A DNA stretch of 63,295 nt, counting the filler, from Diploschistes diacapsis (Eukaryota): the NCBI GenBank assembly GCA_023645945.1. It is 22 parts of 22 records of this genome, joined end to end, with 100 filler letters (N's around TTAATTAATTAA, not from the genome) between each part and the next. Parts side by side here need not be neighbours in the genome. Positions count along the whole stretch, not along the records: positions 1 to 19,196 come from JALAIB010000380.1; positions 19,297 to 38,436 come from JALAIB010000381.1; 20 more parts are not named here. The stretch is one strand, 5' to 3'. A program made the position numbers and the translations under genes. Below the pieces are notes generated by a model. The model saw nothing but the letters and a program-made list of their open reading frames with translations, had not been told where the DNA came from and ran no database searches. This document shows, in pieces, positions 13,085-24,213 of the stretch (position 1 is its first letter; every line of letters begins with the position of its first letter).

Positions 13085-14039
13085 ATGCCTCCCAAGCGCA
13101 AGGGTCGAGCTCGTGGCAGCGGCAGGCCGAGTGGGAGTGGCCGTGGGAGTGGCCGTGGGCGCGGGCGCGGTGCCGGCTCGGCTGGTCGACCGAAGAAGTC
13201 CGATACGGATGCACAAGAGGAAGGATTGTCAAAGCCTTCAAAAATCGTAACGCTTAAGATCGCTTTCAACCCTGCTGCACGAGAGGAGTGTGCTCCAGGA
13301 CTGCAAGCCGTATCACGGCCGGCTCGTCCGGTTCTCCCGGATCTTGGTGGGCAAAAGGTCCCGCTAAAGCCTCCTGGCCCCTCAGGTCCCCCCGCCAAGG
13401 CTGCTACAAAACCACCATCTTCATCTGCAGCACGTCCAAAGCTCATCATCAAACTCAAGGCTCCTGCAAGGCCGATTAATTCTACACCACAGCCAATACT
13501 GCAGATGGCACCAGGCCCAAATGAGGTGCTAGAAGGTATTCCTTCCCATGGAGTTGATAGCGATCTGCAGCTGAAAAAAGATACTAGGTCATCTTCGATC
13601 GACCATTCACACCCTTTTCTCCATTCAATCCAACACCCATGGCTATCTTGGCCCTGAAACCCAGCGCGCACTCGTACAGAACTTTCGCAGCCTGAGCTCG
13701 AACTTACAAGATGTCTCCAGAGCTGCGAAGGACGTTAACAAGGCACTGCCGCCTGAAGTACTAGAATACATTGACGATGGACGCAACCCGGAGATTTACA
13801 CTCGGGAGTTCGTTGAGCTTGTACAAAAGGGAAACAAGTATCTGAAGGGTAAGAGCCAGGCAGTGGCTGACTTCAGGGACACGCTAGCCAAGGATATGGT
13901 CAACGAGTGGCCGGAGATGAAAGAAGCTGTTGAAAGGGTGTTAGCGGGTAAGGGTAGTGGTTTGGACAATCTACAGGGCATGAACGGAACTGTTGCTTCT
14001 CAGTCAAGTTCTGCAGCTGGAAGTCAAGGTACAGTTTGA
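13085..14039 (+). CDS. MED10: Mediator subunit Med10 (Nut2) with possible 140-aa N-terminal extension
   Basis: Core LPPEVLEYIDDGRNPEIYTREFVELVQKGNKYLKGK..FRDTLA. Intron 13536-13587. Typical-length start at ATG 13505; upstream in-frame ATG 13085 with no intervening stop. Confidence 0.9.
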
Positions 14040-14479
14040 AATTCTGTGGGTTGAATTATGTGTCGTGAATGGCCACGGGATGATAATTCGAAGGACTGTA
14101 GGAGTATTGCGGCGGGATTGATGCGGATAAGGCGTTGGTATGAAACATGATACCCCTTTTGAATGCGCACATCGAATCTATTTTGGGTTTATGGTCTTTA
14201 GCACCTTTCCATCGAACTGCGGCTTCAACTAACAATGGTATTATAAGAATTGATCCTTTGGGTCTTGGAAGCACTCCAGCCTAACCGAGCGTTTTCGCCT
14301 TCTACATGATGAGGCGCAGCATTGAAGTTTGCTGAGTCGTCGTGATAATTGGAGCATTCGCATACTCGGAAAATAATGTCAAACTTCGCGAAGTTGCTTT
14401 CCCATGATAACTCCCGTGAATATTGTGTACAATGCATGCCAGCAAGCCGTACACATGGCTCGCGCAAACGAAGCCCAAG

Positions 14480-15016
14480 CTATTTTTTCCTCGAGAATTC
14501 CAGCACCTCCTTTGTATCTGCCTCCTTACCCAATAATCCCAGGTTCCTGATCTTCTCCGCGCTCGGTGCGCCGACCCTCTCACTCCCGGCCTCGTATTTC
14601 CTATACGCGGCTTGCAGTGCCGCTACACGAGCTCTCTACGACAAATTCATGCGTCAGCAAGCTCCAAGCATCCATAGATTTGCTCGAGTTTCAAACGAGT
14701 CTGATCCGACAACAGGCGCCAACGGGCAATGGCTGATGGCACAAACCTCCTTCTTATGGTGCAAGCACTCATAGTAGTCCTCCAGCGCCGGCGCGCATTT
14801 CTTCGCGCCCGACACGTCTTCCTCGTTGGTGTTCACGACGTAGCAGGCGAGCAGCTCCTGCCAGAAGGGAAAGCAGCGGGACGGGCCTGCCTCCTGTCAG
14901 TCAGGCGGAGGAGAACTCGCTCGGTGTCTCTCAATTTGAGCGGACGGGAAGGGGGAGGCGCTTGGATGGGAAGCTATGGGCTGCGTACCTCCATGTAGAC
15001 CGTATCCTGATGCCAT
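14480..15016 (-). CDS. NADH:ubiquinone oxidoreductase NDUFS5-type (twin CX9C) subunit
   Basis: Spliced MASGYGLHGG..RCFPFWQELLACY..KCAPALEDYYECLHHKKE..IRNLGL; two introns. Confidence 0.9.
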
Positions 15017-15298
15017 TCTTGCTCTTGGTGCTGGGTGTAGCTGTTGGGGCTCTGTGCTGTGAAGGAGCAACGCGGAGCTTGAATAGGATGAGGTCTGGCG
15101 GTTGAGCGAGCCCTACGGGGCAAAGATGGTCCGGTTTGAGTTCACCTCATGAGCTGCCAATTCAGAGATGCTACACTGTCACTATGGATAGTTCTCCTAG
15201 AAATTTTGGACTTTGAACGAGAGCAAGATCATTCATCTTTTCTATACCAACTCAAAGTGGATGATTCTACAAACCCTCAAAAGCACGCTTCCACAACC

Positions 15299-16725
15299 TT
15301 AGAGCCTAGTTGCCTTTAATGGGACTGGACGCTCTGCTCCATAAAGTGGCTTTGTTCCCTGCGTAGTTCTGAAGCCTTCCTCGAGGATACTGAGGCCTAG
15401 CTCAAGCTGTTCCTCCGTCGTGACCAAAGGAGGTGCTATCCTTAAAATTCCCGCAAAAGATGACACTGCCGCGAGACTTGCTGAGAGGCCAAGCTCCATC
15501 AGTTTCTGTGAAAGCCTGCTGCCCAGCTCAAGCGCTGGCTCTTTGGTTTGACGATCAAGAACAAGCTCCACGCCTGCCATGAGTCCTCTCCCACGAACAT
15601 CTCCGATGCATCCATAACGTGATTTGAGTCTCTGCAAACCGGCATGCAGCTTACCACCCATTTGTCTCGAGCGCTCGACGAGGCCATCACGGAGTACAAT
15701 CTCCAGCACTTTCAAGCCAACAGAAGCCGGTAATGGATCGTTGATATGAGTGGTATAGAATAGGTAACCCCTTTCCCTACATGATTTCTCAATGGCATGG
15801 CTCGTGACAACAGCGCTGAGCGGCAGTCCATTTCCCAGCGTCTTGCTGAGTGTCAGTATATGTGGTACAACTCCTTCATGCTGGAACGCGAACAGGTCTC
15901 CGCAACGACCGAGTCCCGTCTGAGCTTCGTCTACTATCAATAGCATCCCCCTCTTCTCGCAGTGGGCTTTCATAGCTTTCATATACCCAGGCGGAAGAGT
16001 TAGCATCCCACCGGATGAAAGGATAGGCTCCATGATGACGGCAGCAAGGGACCCGCACGAAGCTCGGTCTATCAGTGACCAGCCATAGTTGAGCTCGGTT
16101 TGCCAATCGTAGCTGCCATCCGTATTACGGAAGATAGAGCGGTAGGCATCCGGAACGGGCAGCATATGATTACCAGGCATCTAGGGTTCATCAGCGTCCC
16201 CAGATCCGGGGTCTGAACATGCTTCCCACTAACCGGTGGACCATGTCCTTTCCTCCCTGACTGGTACTGAGCTCCGAGCGCAGTGCTCGTCATGCCATGC
16301 CAACTCATTCCCAAGCCTACAATCTCGAACTTGCCAGTGAAGGTCTTTGCAAGTTTGATTGCGGCTTCGTTGCTCTCTCCACCCGTACTCAGAAACATTG
16401 CCCTGTCAAGTCCTTCCGGCAGCACCTCGGTAAGCTTCTGAGCCAAGCGGACAACCGGAGGGCTAATCATGCCACTAAAGAGGTGATCAAGATTTGCCGC
16501 ATGCTCAGTGATGGTCTGCACCACTTCTTTGTGGCCATGGCCGATGAGACAGGACATCTGCCCTGACGTCCAGTCCAGGATTCTGTGGCCTTTTGATGTA
16601 TAGACGAAGACGGATTCAGCATGTGTGATGATCTCAGACTCAAAAGTCGTTCCAAAATTGATCAGACAATCCTTAGCGGTTACTTTCAGGGACTCATCAT
16701 CTTCTTTGCCATATAGACGATTCAT
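15299..16725 (-). CDS. Class III PLP aminotransferase, 2,2-dialkylglycine decarboxylase-like
   Basis: ILDWTSGQMS, SWHGMT, EPILSSGG, DEAQTGLGR, LTLSKTLG (PLP lysine), THINDPLPA, LRIAPPL; one intron at ~16182-16232. Confidence 0.88.
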
Positions 16726-16906
16726 TTTGTTAGTCGAACCCTATCAGTCTCAAATGGCAGGTTGGGCACAGGAATGTAACAGAGATACAAGCAGAGCCCA
16801 GCAAGTGGATTCTGTGCGGGGAACTTTGAACCAGATATTTACCACTATCTACTCTTGACTTGATGCATTTCAAGGACGATTGAGCTCTTTGTTCTCCTAA
16901 ATACTG

Positions 16907-17055
16907 TTATCTGGATCGAATGTACAAGCTTGTCTTATCTACTGCCTGAATGGGTCTTTGTGTGACTCTGTACAGGAGCAAGATCCCGCTATTAATATTC
17001 GAGGTAAGCCGGGGTTTACAGGCAATCAACTTGAATTATAATCTTTGGTTTATCT
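16907..17055 (-). promoter_or_regulatory. Three AGATAA sites (candidate AreA/NIT2 sites) upstream of the DGD-like gene
   Basis: TTATCT at 16907-16912, 16935-16940 and 17050-17055, all in the same orientation, 180-330 bp upstream of the ATG. Confidence 0.4.
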
Positions 17056-17139
17056 GTGCGATTCATGTAATATGCAGCAAGCCTAAGTCAGAATAATTTC
17101 TTCGGTCGTTGCAAGAGTGAAACGCTCGACAAGATATCT

Positions 17140-18790
17140 TGGGATCGCATGCATTTAGTCAAGACTTCAACCTCAGTAGAGGGCTCCGCAAGGTCCAGAC
17201 CGAAAGCTTCTTCGAGATACAAAGCCTTTTCTCCCTTTTGATATTCTGTCCGCTGCTCACCACACATGTTGTAACTCTTGTTCAGACACCCCAGCAGGAC
17301 ACGTCGGTCGAAGCAAGAAAAGGAAGAGCGCTTCTCAAACAGTACCCGGTCTCTTTCTCAGCCACAGACCGTTGAAGACCCGCCGTCGACTATGGTTAGC
17401 CTTGGGAGACTGAAGATCAATCATCACATATAGTGGGTCCGACTTCAGCCCAAGCCGCGCATGAACTAGAGCAGTATGCCTCCCTTACCCTCAGGGACGG
17501 CGCCAAAGCTCCACATATACGACCAAATCCTTACAATATGTATTCGAGAGACTGAGCAAACCTGTATATACTAATCATTGGTAAAGTTCATGGCAACTTG
17601 AAAAGGCGACTTACTCCAGGAACCGATGAACTCGAGGTCCTCGAAAGGCTTCTTGAGCCATTTGTTGAAGATCTAGTAGACTTGTATGATATCCGACTCT
17701 CGATCAATTCTTCACTACAAGTCTTGCCAAGGATCACAGATACTACCAACCCATACTTTCCTCTTTTGGACAAATCTAGCTTCCTTCAAGTTCGTAGTAC
17801 CAGTGTTCCAAAAAATTATCACCAGCGCTTTTATGTGGGCTCTATTCGACATCTGTCTTGCATTGGAAGCACTCTTCTCAGCTGTCCAGCCATCCTTGCC
17901 CAAACCAAAGATACTGCTGGAGCCTCGCCGTCAAAGCACTGAATGACGATCTCCATAGCCCGGGGCTGGCTACTCTCATTGCATCCCTATTGGCACCAGA
18001 AGGCCGCGCCCCATCAGCACCATTACAGGCAATGCAGTCAATTTAGGTCGCACTGTTGCAATAGCATACATTCTCGGTTTGAACAGAGGTCCTGGCGCAT
18101 GGAAGCTCCTTGACCACGAGAGACGTTGTAAGGATAAGGATATGGTAGGCAATTTTGATTCATGATTGGTGGTACGAAGTCAACTGCTTCTCTAATCGAG
18201 GTAGGCTGATCATACGTACAGGTCGCGCTTCGTCACGGTACGCCTCCCTCATATCTCTCCAGAGCATTTCGATACGTCCCTTCCTCGGTGGCAGGATTTG
18301 GGATCGCCAAGTGCTGCTATTGAGGAACAAACGGCAGGGGAAGAGCTTCATCGCTCTCTGCACCCTGACACAGATTCTGGACGCTGCACATCAGCACATC
18401 TATAATCTTAGACCGCCGCAACTAGCGGCCGTTCAACGTCTTCTAGCAACCTTCCAGGCCAACCCAAACAGTTGGCCAACGACAACTTCGATCCGCGCCC
18501 TTTCGTTCACAGCGATAGGAACGGCCTGTGCCGCAAAGGGCTCACCAAACCTGCGTCTCTACCTATCCGTTGTTCAGCTTCTGGCTCGTCCACAACTCAA
18601 CACTGCATTGCGACGACAGCCTGTTGACATCGCACAAGCAGCGACTCGCAAACACGAGGGCTTCCAAGCCGCAGCGGCAATCGTAACCTTACGACAAACC
18701 CCTCTCACGATGGCCTCAACGCATTCTGGCTTTCCACACACTGCCTACCCACCTCACAAGCACCGGCATCCTCCTCCATCGCCTTAATCA
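17140..18790 (+). pseudogene. Decayed fungal-specific transcription factor (Fungal_trans/middle homology region)
   Basis: Fragments in different frames: NPYFPLLDKSSF; WSLAVKALNDDLHSPGLATLIASLL; AYILGLNRGPGAWKL..HER; RIW*AILIHDWW (TAG where W is expected). Boundaries approximate. Confidence 0.7.
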
Positions 18791-19196
18791 CCGACCAAAC
18801 CCACGTACGGCCGAAGGTCCGAACGAGCCATCGCCATCCCGAGCACAGTCTCGCGCCACAGAGGCCTTTAAAAGCCTCGGGCCAACCCAGCTTTTTTCAC
18901 CTCCCACCACTTCAGCCTGCGACGAGCACGGCCGGGGATCCCAGCAGACGTGCGCCTCGCGGCAACGTGGGAGCCCGTGCTCTTCTCAGCATCCAAACGC
19001 GCCCACCACTCGGCGGCGGAATCCAAGCCAGCCGTGCATGCAGAACGAAGAAGCTACAACAGCCAGGCCCCCCCCCCAAAAAAAAAAAAAAAAAAAAAAG
19101 TAAACTAACACCCCACCCCGCAACGCCCTCTCCGGGAAAAAAAAAAGGTAAAAAAGACCCGCCCGCGGCCTTCTCCCATCGGGCCCCCCTTTCTCC

Positions 19197-19296
19197 NNNN
19201 NNNNNNNNNNNNNNNNNNNNNNNNNNNNNNNNNNNNNNNNTTAATTAATTAANNNNNNNNNNNNNNNNNNNNNNNNNNNNNNNNNNNNNNNNNNNN
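19197..19296. other. Artificial contig linker (N44-TTAATTAATTAA-N44), first of 21
   Basis: Identical 100-bp spacer with stops in all six frames. Recurs at 38437, 39682, 40927, 42172, 43417, 44662, 45907, 47151, 48395, 49639, 50883, 52126, 53369, 54612, 55854, 57096, 58337, 59577, 60817 and 62057. Confidence 0.99.
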
Positions 19297-19737
19297 GTTA
19301 CGAACTATTTTAAAATTAATTAGTTCGATTCGACGTTATTCGAGTCGAATAAACCGTTTATTTAAATTAATATATATTAAGTTTATAACGTTTCGTAAAG
19401 AAAATCGAGAATAAAAACGCTTTTTAATAATCGTAAAAAACTTAAATTAAATAAACGAATCGAACTAAAAAATCATTTTATATTTAATTTAAACGAAATT
19501 TTTAAAATAATAATTCGAGTTAAATCGAGTCGAATAATTTTAAAACGATTTATAACGCGTAAAAAACGTTATCGCGTTTTTAAAATCGAGATGGATAAAG
19601 AAAAAAAAGATTTAATTTAAATCGATTAGATTCTAATTACGACGAATAAATTATATTTAAAAACCGTAGAATGTTAACGGTAGTGATTTAAGGTGGCCGG
19701 AATCTAAGGGTGGCCGGAATCCCCGTGAAACACGTTA
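19297..19737. mobile_element. RIP-degraded pogo/Fot1-type (Tc1/mariner) DNA transposon end
   Basis: Terminus GTGGCCGGAATC..GGGTGGCCGGAATCCCCGTGAAACACGT followed by TA. The same end occurs at ~41803-41846 and ~50077-50120. Confidence 0.8.
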
Positions 19738-20080
19738 TTCAAGAATACTGCTTCCACGGACACTTTTAATTTTTTTTAAACGACTTCTATTAATGCTGCA
19801 GTGTCCGTAATAATATCCATAAAAGTAACGCCCAGCCCATCTTAAATCTCAATGCACACGTTCCTCCAACGAATTATATACTTTTATACATAAATATCTA
19901 GGGAAACGTACCTCTAGCTAGTTATTCAGTAAAGATTCATTTTCCACGCACAAATTCAAACCTTCCTAATTAAGCATAACGGCCCGTCTCGGCATCCGCG
20001 CGCCTTGCTACTCAATCAGATGCACGCTTATTGGAACTGGACCAACTTTACTCGAATTTGCAGACACTTCGGCCTTAACG

Positions 20081-22671
20081 ATGCAAGAAGTAGATTTCTT
20101 AAGCAGTGGTTTGGGACAGACCCGTCACGCTGAACACATGGAGCCTGAGAATCCTTCAAAGTCGGGTGCATGTCATGACAGCGTGTACCCCAGCAATGAT
20201 TTAAAAACAGGCACTGGAACTTACTTAACGCAAGACGGGCCCTCAGCCAACATTCAGCCCACGACGGGCCCCAGTGACCGCCAGCTTGGCCTTGGGGAAG
20301 AGGAAAAGCATTCTGTGGATTTTCATAAAACAGAAGTATCTGGTCTCAGGGTTATTCCATCATCTACAATAAGTGTAGGGGGGGACGAGTGTGTCAGGGA
20401 TCGAAGCATGAAGATGCATACGGAACGTGAGCCATCCTTGATACAGCCATCAGTAAAGACAGAAAAGAGCGTATTCGCTTGCGGGGTACCATCTCACGAT
20501 CGAACCTCTGCAATCGAATATGCCAAAGGTCCAGAAGGTGAGGAAGCTAACGCTGAAATCCAAAGCATTATGGAACAATTCAACGATGAAACATATGAGA
20601 GCAAAGAAATCATGTCCACTGCTATGACAGACTCTTCGCGAGTATCTATTTTACGTTCCTCAGTCGCTATCAACAACGCTCTGCACCCGTCTCGGAAATC
20701 GAGCCTAGAGCCTCCGCAAAGTGGCGTGGCTCATGCTGCCAATGCTGCAACGCTGCCTGGTACCGGAGGAATGGGTCAGACATACGAAAAGATTGGTTTT
20801 GCGGGTAGTATATCAAAGCTAGGGGCTGCGTGGAACCCTAAGCATTCAGAAACTGACCGGCTTGACACCACCAGAGCAGCCTCGCTGAAGTCCTCTCTTT
20901 CTTCACCGTCCTTGCACAAAGCCTTGCCTCCTGCTCCAGAGCCGGACTTTGACTTGCCCTTCGATTTCCACAGATTTTTGGACCAATTGCGGCATCGAAC
21001 GGCTGACCCCGTAGCCAAATTTCTTCGATCATTTTTGCTTGAGTTTGGAAAAAAGCAATGGATGGTTCACGAACAAGTGAAAATCATCAGGGACTTTCTG
21101 ACTTTCATTAACTCTAAAATGGCCCATTGCGAGGTTTGGCGAGACGTATCTGACGCTGAGTTTGATAACGCGAAAGAGGGGATGGAGAAATTGGTTATGA
21201 ACCGATTATACTCCCAGACGTTCTCACCGGCTATCCCGGATCCTGCTAATCTTCCCTCTTCCAAAGACAAAACAAAAGGAGCCCAACGGAGGATGGGACC
21301 GGCCAGGCGTGGTCAGCACCAGGAAGACATCGAACGGGACGGTGTACTAGCCCAGAAAATGCGTATTTACAAATGGGTCCGCGAAGAACATCTGGACATT
21401 GCCCCAGTTGACGACAGTGGTAAGCGATTCTTAGTACTCGCTCAGCAAGGTAGTCGGAAGTCTCCCTTTGGTTTTAACCTCGCTTATATTACTAGAATTA
21501 CTCAAAATCAAATCTTACAGAGCGCCACGCGATAAAGTGATCTGCATTTTGAATTGTTGCAAAGTTATCTTCGGTAAGAAGGTGCCTTTCGTGTTGGAAG
21601 TAGAGCGTTCAACGATGATTAGGCCTTCTCCGGAATTCAAAAACCTCAGACACATCCGCAGATGCGTTTATGCCTCTGCTTATCTATGTGATCCTGCAGG
21701 CCAAACCTGAGCACTTTGTCTCCAATGCGCAATACATCCTTCGGTTTCGCAATCAGGATAAATTAACTGGGGAAGCTGGCTATTATGTGTCCTCATTGGT
21801 GATACTCATCCCGTCTCCTTCGTCAAGGGCACATGCTCATTGGTTCATAGATGGGGGCGATTCAGTACATAGAAAACCTTGACCGAACCTCTTTGACTGT
21901 ATCGGATAAGAATTTCGAGGAAAATGTTGAAGCTGCCGTCTCTGCAATAACTGAACGAGGTTCTATGGCCAGTGAACAATCCAAAGAGCCCTTGGACGTC
22001 CTACATTCCGAGGACGGGGACGCTGATCTAGGTACGGAAGATACCCGTATACCATTGTTCACAAATGAACGTACAGAGCCAGAAGGCACAGAAAGTCGTG
22101 CGGTAGACGCTAGTGTTGAAGAACGAGGGGCGATTTCGGGACTATTACGCACTCTCCCGAGGCCTCTTTCAAAAATTGGACGCATGTTTTCTGAAGAAAT
22201 GGCTTCGCAACATGCAAACAACCGCAAACCGCAAGTGCTTGCGGCCGCTCCTCCGGAGACTCCTAGGCGACTTTCGCCTGCGCTTTTTCAGCCACCAATG
22301 ACCAATAATGGCCACGAAAGAGGAACGACTGAATCCCAACGTTCGCGCTCGCCAAGATTAAGCGCAGAAGATGATGCGGCTCGCCAGGCTAGCGCCGAAG
22401 CGGCGGAGGCTCAAAAGATACAGCGAGCGGAACATAAGGACGTTGTTGAGTAAGTCAACGAGGTGACGAGAACAAGACGTACTGACGTGCACGTGCAGTA
22501 CTCTTGCAGGCATGTTTCCTTTGCTGGAGAAGGACATCATTGATGATGTGGTCCGGATGAAGGAGGGCAGGTATGTCAGATTTCTGGCTAGGGCGTGCCA
22601 TCAGGCTGATAGAGGTATTTAGAATCGGGTCTGCAGTAGACGCATGCTTGGCTTTAAACACGGACGTGTAA
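20081..22671 (+). CDS. VPS9: Vps9 Rab5 guanine-nucleotide exchange factor with C-terminal CUE domain
   Basis: FDFHRFLDQLRH..ADPVAKFLRSFL, EGMEKLVMNRLY, YRAPRDKVICILNCCKVIFG, TSADAFMPLLIYV, GEAGYY; CUE-like LAGMFPLLEKDIIDDVV. Five introns. The true start may lie in an upstream exon. Confidence 0.95.
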
Positions 22672-24213
22672 CAAGCCTCTATATGCACGGTTTTCGGTAG
22701 AGGACATGCTTTCTTGACGCCGTCATTGCAAGTTCATGGCGGTCACATTGACCCTGTTGTGCTCAGTCTTGATCACTCTTCATCCCCTCTTAGCTCAGCG
22801 GAGTATAGTTTCCGAGAGCGGGATCCTTGAGTTTGCCTTCTGATGACAGTGGCATACTGTTGGGTTACTACGGGTCTAAAGTCTCTTGAACGCTCTTGTT
22901 CTAGGCTTGTCCTGGCTCTATTGGGTCTATACGACGACATGTGAGAAAACCAAGGATACTATACGCCGTTTCATACAAGGAGTTGCTGAGCTTTATGTAG
23001 TAGGGCTTTGCGGTGTTGCTGAAGAGCTGGAACCCCAAGAATACTCCTCATTGCCGATCGATTCTACGAATGCCACCCTGGAACCGGTCCTCTGCTGACA
23101 AGATATGTTTTTAGGGTCCAGTTTATATTGATCGAGGCCCTGTTGCCGAAAAATCTCACGGGAAGCTACTATTAATCAGCGCATTCCTGTAAGGATACGG
23201 AATCGTTGGAGTAAGATTGCAGACTTCTGCATCTTTAATGCGTGGTCAATGGGATATTTGCACAAGCTAAGTGGCTCGATCGAGGGCTACTGTGCCTCCA
23301 GCATATTATATAGACTGGTGGAAGACGGAATGTGACGGTCAAGTACGAGACGTCAGTTTCCACTTTTCAGCTGCACGAGTAGCACCAGACGGACAAAGAC
23401 AATATTGCACCACTCTACGCCATTGTACGGAGGAGGTAGTGGCATGTATCGAGTCCAGGCGAATCCCTAGAGTAGCCACGGTCAGGAACCTGGGTTTGAA
23501 GACGCAAGTACTCCCTACGAAGGCGGAAACCCCGGAATCCGACCCAGTTGGCTTATGAACGTTTGATCCACCAGGGTGTTCTTCTCTCTCAAACTCGTTT
23601 TGCCGTTCCGGTAAGTGGCTGCCTATTTATATTATATAAATGTACTGCCTGAGCATCTGGGGTAATTGCAAGCGTTCATTAGAGCATCCGAAATCATCCA
23701 CAAATGCCTCAGCAGGAAGGTCGGAGGCTTAATAAATACTTCATCCCTTCCAAGTTGTGGTCAAAGCCCACAACAGCGGGTAGCAGTGGTTGTACATGTA
23801 CTGTGTGCTGCGTACTTACTTTACTTGGTGTACGTATAGTCCAGGTACACCTATTAAAAAGAGGCTAGCCCTATCCCGACTTCTCGACTCTCTACAAATA
23901 CCGGTACTCGTGCACATCCCGCTTCTTCCTCTCCCCTTTTTCATCATCATTCTTCGCTACTATCCAGGCTTGCGCTGCCTTTCACCGGCGGCTCATAGGC
24001 ACTATTACTGCCAGCGCGTGTATTCTCTCAACGGGGAGCAACCTTCCCGACTTTCAAGGCTCAAATGCTGGCCGTACAGGACGGTCGTCAACCCTTTTAT
24101 TACGCACCACTGGTGCAGTCCATTCGAAGCATTAAGTGGCGTTAGACTCCGACTTCTCGTCTAAACGAAATCGCTTCCACACCAAAACCGGAGGTACATA
24201 GCTATCTGTGAGA

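Noticed and set aside
12892..13671. 259-aa antisense ORF over Med10
   Set aside because: Shadow of a GC-rich coding strand; no motif.
18967..19196. Lys-rich ORF with poly-A and poly-C runs
   Set aside because: Low-quality homopolymer sequence at the contig end.
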